Below, piece by piece: positions 1 through 6,853 of a stretch of 12,054 bases of DNA. The notes under the pieces are model-generated. The model searched no databases. It saw only the letters and a program-made list of their open reading frames with translations, and was not told the DNA's origin. Both the position numbers and the translations under genes were made by a program. How positions within the stretch are numbered: the first letter of the stretch is position 1; every line of letters starts with the position of its first letter. This DNA is from Promethearchaeota archaeon. Its GTDB lineage: Archaea > Asgardarchaeota > Odinarchaeia > Odinarchaeales > JBHLKK01. The stretch covers positions 1 to 12,054 of the forward strand of contig JBHLPL010000059.1 of assembly GCA_048939465.1 (NCBI GenBank). The letters are read 5' to 3'.

Positions 1-1
1 A

Positions 2-187
2 AGGCTAACCCCCCAAAAACAGTTTGGAATCAGAGTAAGTAAAATAGAAGGAGTATGGGACACAGCTGCACCTTCAACTCATGAAAAGAAAAACATATTC
101 CCAGAGCTCCATACTCATGAGATAATAAATAGAAGCACAAAACCCAGGAAAACGGGAAAGAATTACATCATATTTGTCTTCAGCTAG
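2..187 (+). CDS. Possible 3' part of an upstream gene entering the window (hypothetical; frame 2 open from the edge)
   Basis: Manual translation: RLTPQKQFGIRVSKIEGVWDTAAPSTHEKKNIFPELHTHEIINRSTKPRKTGKNYIIFVFS*, stop TAG 185-187. Frames 1 and 3 are closed early. No family recognised. Confidence 0.3.
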   Translation, partial: RLTPQKQFGIRVSKIEGVWDTAAPSTHEKKNIFPELHTHEIINRSTKPRKTGKNYIIFVFS

Positions 188-308
188 AAAATGTGAAACA
201 AGAGATTTGATAATCACGAGCGGAGTAAGAAGAGATGTAATATTGTATCATTTGCATGAATTCGAGAAAAGAAGTCTTATCAAGAAAAATAGGAAAGATA
301 GAAGCTAA
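129..308 (+). CDS. Winged helix-turn-helix-like segment (no ATG; may be the 3' portion of a frame-broken or intron-containing gene)
   Basis: Frame 3 is open 129-308: IEAQNPGKRERITSYLSSARKCETRDLIITSGVRRDVILYHLHEFEKRSLIKKNRKDRS*. The R-x2-I-x3-L ... DL-x4-GV-x3-V-x-YHL-x2-FE-x3-LI pattern resembles ArsR/MarR-type wHTH domains. Absent from the ORF track. Confidence 0.45.
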   Translation: MEAQNPGKRERITSYLSSARKCETRDLIITSGVRRDVILYHLHEFEKRSLIKKNRKDRS

Positions 309-319
309 AGACGGTATGC

Positions 320-327
320 GAGGTGAT
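320..327 (+). promoter_or_regulatory. Shine-Dalgarno site GAGGTGAT for the DRG GTPase gene
   Basis: GAGGTGAT at 320-327, 3 nt before ATT-CCA-ACA-AAT-CTA-CCT-CCA (x-PTNLPP). Confidence 0.6.
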
Positions 328-330
328 AAT

Positions 331-1515
331 ATTCCAACAAATCTACCTCCAAAGGCACTGAAAGCAAAAGAAGAATATGAAGATGCAAAAAGCATAGAAA
401 CGAAGATATCGAAGTTGAAGAATTATATTAGCCAAATCCCTCGTCACATATGAAATATAAAAATAGACGAAAAGGGAACCGAAAAGCTCTTAGCTGTGCT
501 GAAAACAAAACTTGCAAGATACAAGGAAAAACTCGAGAAGCAGAAAAAAGCAAAAAAAGCAAGCAGTAGTGGCTTAAGTGTAAAGAAAGACGGGGATGCG
601 CAGATAGTCCTTGTTGGCGTGACAAACTCTGGTAAAAGCAGCCTACTTTCTATTCTGACCGGGGCAAAGGTCAAAATTGCAGACTATCCTTTTACAACTA
701 AGAACCCGGCCCCAGGTATTCTGGACTATGAAGGTGTCAAGTTGCAGATAGTTGAAGTTCCCTCCTTGTTTCGAGGTATAAGCAGTAGTAAGACAGGCCC
801 TCAGGTTCTAAGCATAATCAGAAATGCCGATGCAATACTACTGGTTATTGATTTAACACGAAATCCTTCAGAACAGATGAAAATACTATTGACTGAACTT
901 GAAGAGTCTGGAATCAAGATTAATAAGAAACCACCTCCGATCAACATCAAAAAGACAGGAATGGGCGGAATACAAATATTGGGTCTTCAATTCTATGATG
1001 GTCAAAAAGAAGACTTGATAGATCTTCTTCATGAAAGCAATATTTACAACTCCGTCATAAAAATCGAGGGGAGAATAGGGTTAGATGAAATAAGAGAGGC
1101 CCTCGATGAGAGCATCGTTTACAGATCAGCATTGGTTGCTGCAAATAAGGGAGACGGTGAGTCCTCAGCGGAGAATTACAGTAAACTCGAGAGAACGTAC
1201 AAGACTCGTTTTGATATAGTACCGGTTTCTGCTATGAAGATCATTGGATTTGCCGGACTCAAATCAAACATCTTCGATTTACTGGACATAGTTCGTATTT
1301 ACACTAAAGAGATAGGAGGTGGGGTTTCAGACAGACCTCTGATTCTTAGCAGGGGAATGACGATTGCAGACGTGGCAAAGAAGCTACATAAGCGCTTTCT
1401 AGAGAAGTTCAAGTATGCCAGAATTTTTGGCTCATCTGCAAAATTTGACGGGGAGCGTGTCGGGTTAGATCATGTTCTCAAGGATAAAGACATAGTCCAG
1501 ATATTCACCGATTGA
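331..1515 (+). CDS. drg: DRG/OBG-family GTPase with C-terminal TGS domain, interrupted by a 24-nt BHB intron (exons 331-447 and 472-1515; about 386 aa spliced; alternative start ATG 316)
   Basis: N-terminus PTNLPP...IPRH|KGTEKLL matches the archaeal DRG N-terminal pattern. G1 GVTNSGKS, G2 YPFTT, G4 NKGD, G5 SA. TGS domain IVRIYTK...TIADVAKKLH...VGLDHVLKDKDIVQI. The ORF-track pieces 256-453 and 496-1515 are in the same frame. Confidence 0.93.
448..471 (+). other. Bulge-helix-bulge (BHB) micro-intron in mRNA, 24 nt (ATATGAAATATAAAAATAGACGAA), with in-frame TGA
   Basis: Outer stem TCCCT 437-441/AGGGA 473-477; central 4-bp helix CGTC 442-445/GACG 466-469; 3-nt bulges ACA 446-448 and AAA 470-472; inner stem TAT 449-451/ATA 463-465. 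Cutting after the second nt of each bulge joins CAC|AAG (His-Lys). Confidence 0.9.
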
Positions 1516-2243
1516 TAGAGGTGTTGACCATTATTAAAGACAATAAATTATCGAATATTGTTATAATCTTCTTGGGGGCAGAGAATGAGGGGAATATTGG
1601 GGCCATCGCCAGAGCCATGAAAAATTTTGATTTGAACAAACTGGTATTGGTTGATTCCAAAGTCGAGATTGGGGACATAGCCAGAATGATGGCTATGCAC
1701 GGAGAAGATGTATTAAACAAAACTAGAAATGTTTCTTCATTAGAAGAAGCAACAAAAGATGCAGACTTCATAATTGGGACCACAGCTATATCGGGAGGAG
1801 ACTATAATATCTTGCGAGTCAGTGTTCCACCTGAAGACATGGGAGATATTGTGGGAATAAGAGGAAAGATTTGCATCATATTTGGACGCGAGAGCCGAGG
1901 ATTATCAAACGAAGAGTTAGACAGGTGCGACTCCATAATCACAGTACCTTCCAGCAGCAAATATCCGACACTCAACGTAGCTCAAGCAGCCACCATTGTC
2001 TTTTATGAGCTCTTCAAAGCGGTCCGGAGTCATAGGCATATAAAATACCGCGAGGCAGACAGAATTGAAAAGGAGAAACTTGTCGACTATTTCAAAGAGC
2101 TACTTAGGAGAACGAGTTATCCTGTTCGTAAGCAATATATTGCTTTACGCATTTTCAGGAGCATTCTTGGAAGATCCTTCATCTCCGGACGCGAGTCGCA
2201 CACCCTAATGGGAGTATTTAGACGTGCTCTGAAGATGCTGTAA
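1512..2243 (+). CDS. trmJ: SPOUT-family tRNA (C32/U32) 2'-O-methyltransferase TrmJ/LasT type (start uncertain: TTG 1512, GTG 1521 or TTG 1524)
   Basis: Motifs ENEGNIGAIARAMKNF, IIFGRESRGLSNEEL, YPTLNVAQA and the C-terminal helical extension typical of TrmJ. Confidence 0.88.
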   Translation: MIEVLTIIKDNKLSNIVIIFLGAENEGNIGAIARAMKNFDLNKLVLVDSKVEIGDIARMMAMHGEDVLNKTRNVSSLEEATKDADFIIGTTAISGGDYNILRVSVPPEDMGDIVGIRGKICIIFGRESRGLSNEELDRCDSIITVPSSSKYPTLNVAQAATIVFYELFKAVRSHRHIKYREADRIEKEKLVDYFKELLRRTSYPVRKQYIALRIFRSILGRSFISGRESHTLMGVFRRALKML

Positions 2244-2274
2244 AGCATGAATTGTGAATCTGAGTAGTTAATGG

Positions 2275-2595
2275 CTACTTCTTGAATCCCAGCAGCCTTT
2301 TTGTTTCATCGGACATTCTCTCCGGAGTCCATGGAGGGTCCCAGACTACTTCGACATCCACATCGTCAACTCCATCGAGTTCCATTATTTTTTGTTTCGC
2401 GTTGTCTGCAATAAACGAATGCATAGGGCATCCCCGTGCAGTCAAGGTCATTTTGACTGATACTTTTTTCCCCTCAATTTTAACATCATAAACCAAGCCC
2501 AGATCCACTATGTTCACTGGGATCTCAGGATCATAGCAATTCCTTAAGGCACCAATTACGTCCTCTTCAGCTACCAACTCAATCACCAATTCCAT
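2275..2595 (-). CDS. DUF59/SufT/PaaD-like Fe-S cluster assembly protein
   Basis: DPEIPVNIVDLGLVY, MTLTARGCP and VWDPPWTPERMS are the family signature motifs. Confidence 0.9.
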   Translation of the reverse strand: MELVIELVAEEDVIGALRNCYDPEIPVNIVDLGLVYDVKIEGKKVSVKMTLTARGCPMHSFIADNAKQKIMELDGVDDVDVEVVWDPPWTPERMSDETKRLLGFKK

Positions 2596-2635
2596 AATAA
2601 CGTCGTTATATCAGAAGTATCCTCGCGTCAATCAA

Positions 2636-2650
2636 CTTATAAACCTTTTC
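2636..2650 (-). promoter_or_regulatory. BRE + TATA box for the DUF59 gene
   Basis: The minus strand reads GAAAAGG-TTTATAAG, about 40 nt upstream of ATG 2595. Confidence 0.65.
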
Positions 2651-2704
2651 TTCAGCTTTTGCCAATATCTTGTGTTTTGCCTTCCAATATTCTTCACAAA
2701 TATC

Positions 2705-2712
2705 TTTATAAA
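2705..2712 (+). promoter_or_regulatory. TATA box for rpl10e
   Basis: TTTATAAA about 65 nt upstream of ATG 2778, within the divergent intergenic region. Confidence 0.55.
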
Positions 2713-2777
2713 GAAGACATTTTAATTTTAGGTGATAACACGGTCAATTCTGAAACCAAACAAGAGGAGAGAGAAAA

Positions 2778-3332
2778 ATGCCCAAGAGACCTGGTAGATG
2801 CTACACCTCACTTGATAACAGACCCTACGTTAAGAAGAGAACGAGAAGAAAAAGAGATTTAGTACGGGGAGTTCCAAACCCAAAGATTAGGATATTTAAT
2901 ACCGGAGACAGGAAAGGAGTGTTTCCGATTCGTGTCTGGTTGATCACCAAAGAGGCAGGTCAGATAAGACATATGGCATTAGAAGCTGCAAGAATAACAG
3001 CAAACAGATATTTGGAAAAGAATACGGAAGGTAAAATGAACTATCACCTGAAGATTCTCGTCTATCCACACCATGTCCTCAGAGAAAACAAAATGATGGC
3101 TTTCGCCGGCGCAGATAGGATCCAAGATGGAATGCGTCGAGCTTTTGGTAAACCTGTAGGAACAGCTGCAAGAGTAAGTCAGGGGCAAAAACTGCTCCTG
3201 GTTCGTGTGGGCCCTCAACATCTAGAGATTGCCAAAGAGGCCGTACAAAGGGCCGCGATGAAATTCCCGATGCCTTGTCGTAGGGTTGTTGAGATGGTTT
3301 CGGACGGGATGGAAATGGCCAAAGAGGATTAG
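2778..3332 (+). CDS. rpl10e: 50S ribosomal protein L10e (uL16)
   Basis: MPKRPGRCY, RGVPNPKI, ALEAARITANRYL, YPHHVLRENKM, GADRIQDGMRRAFGKPVGTAARV. Confidence 0.96.
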   Translation: MPKRPGRCYTSLDNRPYVKKRTRRKRDLVRGVPNPKIRIFNTGDRKGVFPIRVWLITKEAGQIRHMALEAARITANRYLEKNTEGKMNYHLKILVYPHHVLRENKMMAFAGADRIQDGMRRAFGKPVGTAARVSQGQKLLLVRVGPQHLEIAKEAVQRAAMKFPMPCRRVVEMVSDGMEMAKED

Positions 3333-3351
3333 TCAAGAATAGGATTTTACA

Positions 3352-5766
3352 TTATTCTTCCAGTATCTGCCAGAAATTAAGATCATCTTCACTAATCCCA
3401 GCTATGCTGAACTTAGTTCTTCCGGTCAATTGTTCTAAGAGAAGCTTGCGTTCTATCTGCGCCACGTGTCTTCTAGTTTCAATAACAACATCCGGATTCA
3501 CACTGATACTTGTAACACCCTGGCGAACAAGCAGTTCTGCGTATTCCGGATACACGCTTGGAGCTTGTCCACATATTGACACAGTAACTCCCATCTTCTT
3601 GCAAACTCTGATCAGGTACACTAATGCACGCAATACTGCTATGTCTCTTTCATCATAGAGTTCTTGAACGCTTGCATCGTTGCGATCAGTGCCTAGAATC
3701 AACATAGTTAGGTCATTTGAGCCAACGCTTACTCCCTGTAGGCCCTCTTTAATCAGCTTATCTATTATGAGCACAGACGATGGCACCTCAACCATAATCC
3801 ACAGCTTGAAGTCTGGATCCTCATCGGGGTCAAGACCTTCTTCCTTTATGATCTGTTTTGCCTTCTTGAAGACCTTCAGCGTTCTGACAAAAGGAAGCAT
3901 TATGTAGACATTCTTAAGATTATGTTCGTCTCTGACCTTCTTTATTGCTTCCAGCTCAAGGCGAAATATATCCGGCTCTTTAACATATCGGAATTGTCCA
4001 CGGTATCCTAACATAGGGTTTGGGCCAACATGTCCTGTTTCTTCTTCGTATTCAATACCCCCTTCAAGGGCTAAGAACTCATCAGGTTTGAAATCTAAAG
4101 TACGATAAATCACAGGATTTGGATAGAATGCCTCTGCCACCTTTCTGATGCCTTCGGCGAATTTGTCCACCATCAGCTGAGCTCCCCCTTCTTCAATCAA
4201 TTTGCGAGGGTGTTTGCCTATCGAAAGCATCAAATGTTCCGCTCGTAGTAAACCCACACCATCTGCCCGGGTCTCTCTCGCTACTTTCTCGGCTATCTCG
4301 GGAATTGATAAATTGACGTAGATTCTTGTTGTTGTCATCTCTGAAACAGCCGGCTGTGATAAGGTAGCCACCTGCTCTGCTGATTTGAGGACTCCCTCTA
4401 CTCTGCCTCTATAAACTAGTCCTTTTTTGCCGTCCACGGTAACTATCTCACCCTTCTTGAGAACCTTAGTTGCCTTCCCAGCCCCGACAATACAGGGTAC
4501 TCCAAGTTCTCTGCTGACTATCGCAGCATGGCAGGTATATCCCCCGTCCTCAGTTACTATAGCAGCTGATTTTTGCATCGCAGGAACCCAGGAAGGAGTA
4601 GTCATTTTTGTTACCAAAATGTCGCCTTCCCGAACTTCACCAATATCTTTTACACTCATTATTACGTTAGCAGGACCGATTCCCACCCCTGGACTAACAG
4701 GCAGGCCTTTAAGTATTGCTTCACCTTCAACAAGGCTCTCTGCGGCAGATCCTTTCTCTTCTTTAGATGTTTCTTTGCTTGACCAGACTGTTTCAGGTCT
4801 GGCTTGGAGAATAAACATTTCATTGTTCTCATCAATTGCCCATTCTATGTCCATCGGGCCACCATAATGATTCTCTATCTTATCTGCAATCTTAGCAAGA
4901 TCCAGTATCTGTTCATCTGTTATGCTCTGTTTCTCTCTTTCCTTTTGGGGGACCTTAACGTTGATGACTTTTCCGGTTTCTGGGTCTTTTACTGCCTTCG
5001 ATTCTTTCCGCCCTATAGTCTTAGATAGTATTTCAAATGAACCTTTGTCAACAATAAAAGTATCAGGAGTTACTGAACCGCTTACAACCGCTTCACCTAG
5101 CCCGTAGCTTGATTCAATTAAGATTTTCTTAGTGTCACCGGTAGCAGGATGTAGCGTAAAGATCACACCTTGTGCTCTGGGATTGGGAGCAACCATCTCC
5201 TGAACTACGACGCTCATTAGGACCTTAAAATGATCAAAGCCCTTCTGGGAACGATAATAAATCGCTCTTGCCGTAAACAACGAACTCCAGCATTTTGAGA
5301 TGCTTTTGTTCAATTGATCAGAGGTCACATACAGGAACGTGTCCTGTTGTCCAGCGAAACTTGCTCCGGGTAAATCCTCAGCCGTCGCACTTGACCTCAC
5401 AGAGACCTCTACGTCTTTATGTGTTCTTCGGGCTAATTCTTCGTACGCATCCTTTATGGTGCTTTGAATATCTGATGGTACTGCCGTCGATTCAACCAGT
5501 TCTCTAATTTCCCTAGAGACATTCTCAAGTTGTTTGAGATCAGTAATATCGGCATTGTCAAGTAGATTATGAATTCCTTTATTTAATCCCGTTTCTCCAA
5601 TGAAACGCTTATAAGCATACGAGGTTACCACAAAACCTTCTGGTGTTGGTGCCCCTGCAGAGGCCAACTCACCCAAATTTGCAGCTTTTCCTCCAACTAA
5701 AGCAGTATCCTTTTTTGACAATTTGTCAAACCATAGGATTAACTCAGTTGATCTTTTCATTATCAT
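3352..5766 (-). CDS. ppsA: Phosphoenolpyruvate synthase (pyruvate, water dikinase); start ATG 5766 or 5760
   Basis: VGGKAANLGEL, VRSSATAEDLPGASFAGQQDT, ILQARPETV, phospho-His motif TCHAAIVSRELG, MVEVPS, SVGSNDLT, SICGQAPS. The ORF-track extension to 5925 runs through the promoter. Confidence 0.95.
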   Translation of the reverse strand: MIMKRSTELILWFDKLSKKDTALVGGKAANLGELASAGAPTPEGFVVTSYAYKRFIGETGLNKGIHNLLDNADITDLKQLENVSREIRELVESTAVPSDIQSTIKDAYEELARRTHKDVEVSVRSSATAEDLPGASFAGQQDTFLYVTSDQLNKSISKCWSSLFTARAIYYRSQKGFDHFKVLMSVVVQEMVAPNPRAQGVIFTLHPATGDTKKILIESSYGLGEAVVSGSVTPDTFIVDKGSFEILSKTIGRKESKAVKDPETGKVINVKVPQKEREKQSITDEQILDLAKIADKIENHYGGPMDIEWAIDENNEMFILQARPETVWSSKETSKEEKGSAAESLVEGEAILKGLPVSPGVGIGPANVIMSVKDIGEVREGDILVTKMTTPSWVPAMQKSAAIVTEDGGYTCHAAIVSRELGVPCIVGAGKATKVLKKGEIVTVDGKKGLVYRGRVEGVLKSAEQVATLSQPAVSEMTTTRIYVNLSIPEIAEKVARETRADGVGLLRAEHLMLSIGKHPRKLIEEGGAQLMVDKFAEGIRKVAEAFYPNPVIYRTLDFKPDEFLALEGGIEYEEETGHVGPNPMLGYRGQFRYVKEPDIFRLELEAIKKVRDEHNLKNVYIMLPFVRTLKVFKKAKQIIKEEGLDPDEDPDFKLWIMVEVPSSVLIIDKLIKEGLQGVSVGSNDLTMLILGTDRNDASVQELYDERDIAVLRALVYLIRVCKKMGVTVSICGQAPSVYPEYAELLVRQGVTSISVNPDVVIETRRHVAQIERKLLLEQLTGRTKFSIAGISEDDLNFWQILEE

Positions 5767-5790
5767 CAGTCCCCTTGACTGCTTCCAACC

Positions 5791-5872
5791 AATATTTATG
5801 GTAGCAGCCATATTCCGATGATACATTCCATTTTCTGAGAGAGAATTCAACAGGCAAATATTTATGTTACCA
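5791..5872. repeat. Imperfect 16-nt direct repeat (5791-5806 and 5857-5872) in the ppsA leader
   Basis: AATATTTATGGTAGCA versus AATATTTATGTTACCA: 14/16 identical, first 10 nt exact. Confidence 0.6.
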
Positions 5873-5880
5873 CTTATAAA
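5873..5880 (-). promoter_or_regulatory. TATA box for ppsA
   Basis: The minus strand reads TTTATAAG, the same octamer as the DUF59 promoter, about 107 nt upstream of the ATG. Confidence 0.55.
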
Positions 5881-6078
5881 CGTGAAGTATTGCCCTCTCG
5901 AACTTATCGGAAAGCACCCCCCCATTTTTGATTATTGCTTAAAATCATCCAACAGGCTCTGAGGCACCAATAATCTGGGTCTTTGAATCTAGTCTGTTTT
6001 AGACTCGACTAATGAAACACATAGTGAAGAAGGAAAGAACAGATTCTATTTCCAGTTCTTGCCCGAAGCAGCCAACTG

Positions 6079-6849
6079 TCAAGTTTCATAGCCATTGTTG
6101 ATTATTCTTCCATCCTCCATCTTCCACTCAATGTTGGCTCGGGCCCCGATTTTAGGATCGTGGGATACGATGATTACTGTCTTATCATATTCCTTGTTTA
6201 ATCTCTCGATCATATCCATAATTTCCTGGCCAGCCTTCGTGTCAAGTTCTCCTGTAAGCTCATCTCCAAGAATAATCGGAGGATTGTTGATTAGGGCTCG
6301 GGCTATCGCTACTCTTTGTCTTTCTCCCCCGCTAAGTTGACCGGGTTTGTGAAGAATTCTATCGCCTAGTCCAACGGTATTCACCAGTTCTATAGCTCGC
6401 TGTTTATCCTGTTTTCTTATTCCTCTAGGCATTATAGGAACGAGTACATTATCCAGAACATTGAGAGTCGGTATGAGATGAAACGACTGAAATACGAATC
6501 CAATTTTATCTCTTCTGAGAACTGCTAGTTTTCTTTCTGGTAAATCAGTTATGTCAACACCATCAAGACAAACTCTTCCAGACGTAGGTCTGTCTAAAGC
6601 ACTAACGATATTGAGAAGAGTGGTCTTGCCACTACCAGAAGGACCCATTATCGATATGTAATCCCCTCGACGAATACACATGTTTATGTTGTTAAGGGCT
6701 ACAACCTTTGACGTACCTAGCATGAAGATTTTGCTCACATTCTTGCATAGAACTTCGATTTTTCTTTCACAAACACCTGCAGCGGTACCTATTTCACCCA
6801 TACTGAATTCATCAGTTTTCCGTTTTGGATCAAAGCTCGTGGCAGTCAT
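6079..6849 (-). CDS. ABC transporter ATP-binding protein, LolD/MacB/FtsE-like (start ATG 6849 after SD GAGGTGA; ORF extends to GTG 6861)
   Basis: Walker A GPSGSGKT, Q-loop GFVFQSF, signature LSGGERQRVAIARAL, Walker B IILGDE, H-loop VSHD. Confidence 0.92.
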   Translation of the reverse strand: MTATSFDPKRKTDEFSMGEIGTAAGVCERKIEVLCKNVSKIFMLGTSKVVALNNINMCIRRGDYISIMGPSGSGKTTLLNIVSALDRPTSGRVCLDGVDITDLPERKLAVLRRDKIGFVFQSFHLIPTLNVLDNVLVPIMPRGIRKQDKQRAIELVNTVGLGDRILHKPGQLSGGERQRVAIARALINNPPIILGDELTGELDTKAGQEIMDMIERLNKEYDKTVIIVSHDPKIGARANIEWKMEDGRIINNGYET

Positions 6850-6853
6850 TCGA

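Noticed and set aside
32-90. VSKIEGVWDTAAPSTH loosely resembles an intein C-terminal block (VYDL.V..THNF)
   Set aside because: It lacks the following NF/ANG and terminal HN-C/S/T residues; the similarity is too weak.
51-116. Stem GAGTATGG/CCATACTC as a BHB candidate
   Set aside because: The 8-bp pairing is real, but the interior does not give a 3-4-3 geometry (5-nt bulge, wrong polarity).
154-160. GGGAAAG slippery heptamer in phase with frame 2
   Set aside because: A -1 shift leads to frame 1, not to the wHTH-like frame 3.
444-446. The spliced hairpin loop has UCA at the anticodon-equivalent positions (the tRNA-Sec anticodon)
   Set aside because: The position-33 equivalent is G rather than U, there is no tRNA body, and the bases are dictated by the Arg-His codons. 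Treated as coincidence.
451-453. TGA read-through or selenocysteine recoding in the DRG gene
   Set aside because: Read-through would leave 8 extra residues inside a conserved motif, whereas BHB excision restores it exactly. No SECIS-like evidence is visible.
496-1515. DRG as a 339-aa gene starting at GTG 496 with a separate 65-aa ORF at 256-453
   Set aside because: Both pieces are in the same frame and together form the conserved N-terminus once the intron is removed.
2828-2846. CGTT/AACG 4-bp helix in rpl10e as a hidden in-frame intron explaining the insertion
   Set aside because: There is no outer or inner stem, and excision would remove 12 nt rather than the 18 needed.
5767-5925. N-terminal extension of ppsA in the ORF track
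   Set aside because: It runs across the TATA box and repeats and has no PEP-synthase-like sequence.
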